The notes beneath the pieces were generated by a model. That model had not been told where the DNA came from, searched no databases, and saw only the letters and a list, made by a program, of their open reading frames with translations. A stretch of 63,175 nt of DNA, the filler included, from Perkinsus chesapeaki ATCC PRA-425 (lineage: Eukaryota > Protista > Perkinsozoa): assembly GCA_013115145.1 (NCBI GenBank). It is 11 parts of 11 records of this genome, joined end to end, with 100 filler letters (N's around TTAATTAATTAA, not from the genome) between each part and the next. Parts side by side here need not be neighbours in the genome. Positions count along the whole stretch, not along the records: positions 60,724 to 61,873 come from JAAPAO010002150.1; positions 61,974 to 63,175 come from JAAPAO010002107.1; 9 more parts are not named here. One strand, 5' to 3'. Made by a program: the position numbers and the translations under genes. Positions within the stretch are counted from its first letter, which is position 1. Every line of letters begins with the position of its first letter. Shown here piece by piece: positions 60,624 to 63,175 of the stretch.

Positions 60624-61973
60624 NNNNNNNNNNNNNNNNNNNNNNNNNNNNNNNNNNNNNNNNNNNNTTAATTAATTAANNNNNNNNNNNNNNNNNNNNN
60701 NNNNNNNNNNNNNNNNNNNNNNNTCAGACAAGACGGTACCAGTAAGCTCTTTACTATGGGTGCAGAGATAGGTGAGCACGACAGATATTTGCAGCTTCGG
60801 TGACTCATTACCAGAAACCCTCAACGCCCGAGCACACAGCCCTACTGAACATAATAGGAGTGCTTGAGCGATTCTGATCATTTGAAATGATGCTGGAAGC
60901 TGATAGAGCGTCAGACAGCTGCGAGGAAATGCCATGCAGTGGATACACGCAGTGAAGAGTGATATTCGGCAAGAGGCCACGCAATTTGTGTACACTTACT
61001 GGGTCTCTAGTAGATCCCACTGTCTACAGGAAGTTCACATTAGAACTTTAAATGTGAAAGGGCCCCTGCTGGGGATCCCGTGGCGCGTGACGTCCGAAAT
61101 GCGCATACCTCGCACAGTTACCCTGTCGTACAGAATCTGCATGATTGCCGCATAGGCTGGGCCGGCCGCCGCCAAAGGCTTCATTCAGAGCCAAACGGGG
61201 CTTGGATAGGCCGCCATCTGATGGAATGCAGCGGAAGCACGAGCTATCAAGCTTAACCACACAAGAGTCAGTTGCGTTTCGGGTGGAGACAATCAGCGCT
61301 TCGGTGAGTGTCCCATACAGATATGCTAGGTTTAACCTACTAGGCTAGCATTGCTGACTCAACGTCCTCCGAATAAACAGAAAAGGTTCCGGATTATGAG
61401 TCATTCACAGCTCAGATCCAACCAAAACTCGTCTCAGAGAAAGACCCGCGACCATCCTCCTGTTCGGTGACAGTAACTGTGTATGGGTCCATGGCTATGG
61501 ACCATGGCTCGTAGGGGATAAGAGAATCGTGCTCGGAGCATATGCACTATATAACTCACTGTGAGTTATTCGCACAAGTCCTGTCTATCGCACAATTGTC
61601 GCACCACCGTATTACTAGCTTTATTTACTCGTGATATTATACTCGTAACTTTCTCTGTTTACTGCTCTATCCCCCTTCGGATATACCTTACCCTTGTGGT
61701 GTTTATAACACTACACATCTGTTAACGCTTCTGAACGCAAGCAAGTAGAGTACACTGTGTAATTCAGGATGCATATTATTAACTTTCTAATCCCCAAGTG
61801 GTACCCTCACACATTAGAGGTTGAACTAACGATGCCCATGGACCAGCCGCGCACTCCATTTGTAATAGTGACGNNNNNNNNNNNNNNNNNNNNNNNNNNN
61901 NNNNNNNNNNNNNNNNNTTAATTAATTAANNNNNNNNNNNNNNNNNNNNNNNNNNNNNNNNNNNNNNNNNNNN

Positions 61974-62045
61974 AGTCCTCTGTGACAGCCCTGTTTTAAT
62001 AGTGAGCCAGTCCTCTGTGACAGCCCTGTTTTAATAGTGAGCCAG
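61974..62045 (+). repeat. 35-nt direct repeat, two copies, at contig edge
   Basis: AGTCCTCTGTGACAGCCCTGTTTTAATAGTGAGCC twice. Confidence 0.9.
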
Positions 62046-62235
62046 TACAGCGCTCGCGCATGTAAGCGCCACATCCATGAACCATGAATGGTGACGCGCG
62101 ATTGATGTCAAAAACAAATAGTTTGTATACTCGCCTTGTGCATGCCCCAGTCGAATCTTCTGCCATCCCGAAGGCAGCGCGCTCGACAGACTCGAGATAA
62201 GTGGGTGAGTCGAAGATACAGCGACGCGTTCACCG

Positions 62236-63105
62236 TTGTACTGGCCGCCATGCTCTCAGATATCATTCCACGAACATGCCCGTGAGGAATTAACAACCAA
62301 AATTGCTGAACTGACTGATGAGCTCCAAGAGGCAAGGCGTCTTGGTAGTTTGAACAATTTGGACTTGAACCCTTACGTAATGGCAGGTGGAAACTCTGCG
62401 CAGGAGGTGAGGCAACAATCTCTGGATCAGCAACTGATGCAGGTGAGCGTAGAATCTTCGCCGGATTTTTTTTCGGAAACACGATGCTCGGGTCAGCAAG
62501 TCTACTCTACAAATCTTGCTCTTCAGGGAGCGGATTACGAGAAGCAACTCGAGGTTGCTAATGTCCAACTTGAAACGAAGGACGAACTGATACAAGAGTC
62601 AGAACAAGATCCGCTTCTGGTCTGAGGATTCCAGTTGTATCTCCGTTTCTCAGACTTCAAAAACAAGTCGAAGAAGCCACAACTGCTTTACAAACTAGGA
62701 GCGACGAATTAAAGAGGTCGGCACGAGACAGGCATGTATAGCTCATGGTCACTCATAATCAGGAAGACAGATGAATGTGGTGCTATTGCCGAGAGGCTGG
62801 AAGAGCTAAAAGAGCAATTTGAGGAGAATGAAGGGAAACACAACTACCGCAAAAAGATGTACGTGCTGGGACTGGCAGTCCCGGACTGCGGGATGGCCTA
62901 TTCCCTGACGAAGTTTGTGCGATCGCTTCTCAGGGACGATGACCACTTCGCCGATTTGGAGGAGTCTTTAGAGCGGTACGCCAAGTACAACAAACAACTT
63001 CAAACACGCATCAAGCAGCTCGAAGAGGCACAACGTGCAGTGGAAGCCGAACGCCAGGTAATGAAGTCTGTAGGCATTGACGCATGCAAATTCGCGCACT
63101 CTTAA
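62236..63105 (+). CDS. Coiled-coil protein, multi-exon, partial
   Basis: Heptad-rich exons REELTTKIAELTDELQEARR, YEKQLEVANVQLETKDELIQE, LEESLERYAKYNKQLQTRIKQLEE, with GT-AG introns. Confidence 0.6.
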
Positions 63106-63175
63106 GGTGTTGTCGTATTAGATTATTAATAGTGTTGAATTCGCCTGAGCGAGATCGATTCACTAAGTGCCTGCT

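Overview
Gene-dense, intron-rich eukaryotic DNA from a flagellated protist. Short GT-AG introns, an alveolate-like histone H4, IFT80 and many retroelement fragments suggest Perkinsus; this is an inference. The window is a pseudomolecule: ten 100-nt N gaps carry an artificial TTAATTAATTAA linker, so adjacency across them is unproven, and there is one plain N gap. Recognisable genes are IFT80, a BRE1-like RING E3 ligase, the N-terminus of a phage-type mitochondrial RNA polymerase, an ALKBH8-like dioxygenase, histone H4, MsrB, a type-B carboxylesterase with an in-frame TGA, a type-I-like DnaJ, three Cof-type HAD hydrolase paralogs, TMEM208/SND2, a PAF-acetylhydrolase-like hydrolase, a membrin/GOSR2 SNARE and tRNA-Phe(GAA). 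Several gag, protease, RT and integrase fragments are also present. The main unexplained signal is about 15 different tRNA 3'-end or 3'-half fragments (variable loop, T-arm/B-box, acceptor strand, often oligo-T) in introns and short intergenic gaps of two contigs. Two TMEM208 introns begin exactly at tRNA position 32. One orthologous intron of the three HAD paralogs is filled by three different tRNA-like pieces in different orientations, and another holds an intact tRNA in one paralog. Secondary signals are a recurrent GGCGGAGCGAAGC (GNA mini-hairpin) motif, chains of single-nucleotide-spacer palindromes in non-coding DNA, and apparent gene conversion of the catalytic exon among HAD paralogs.
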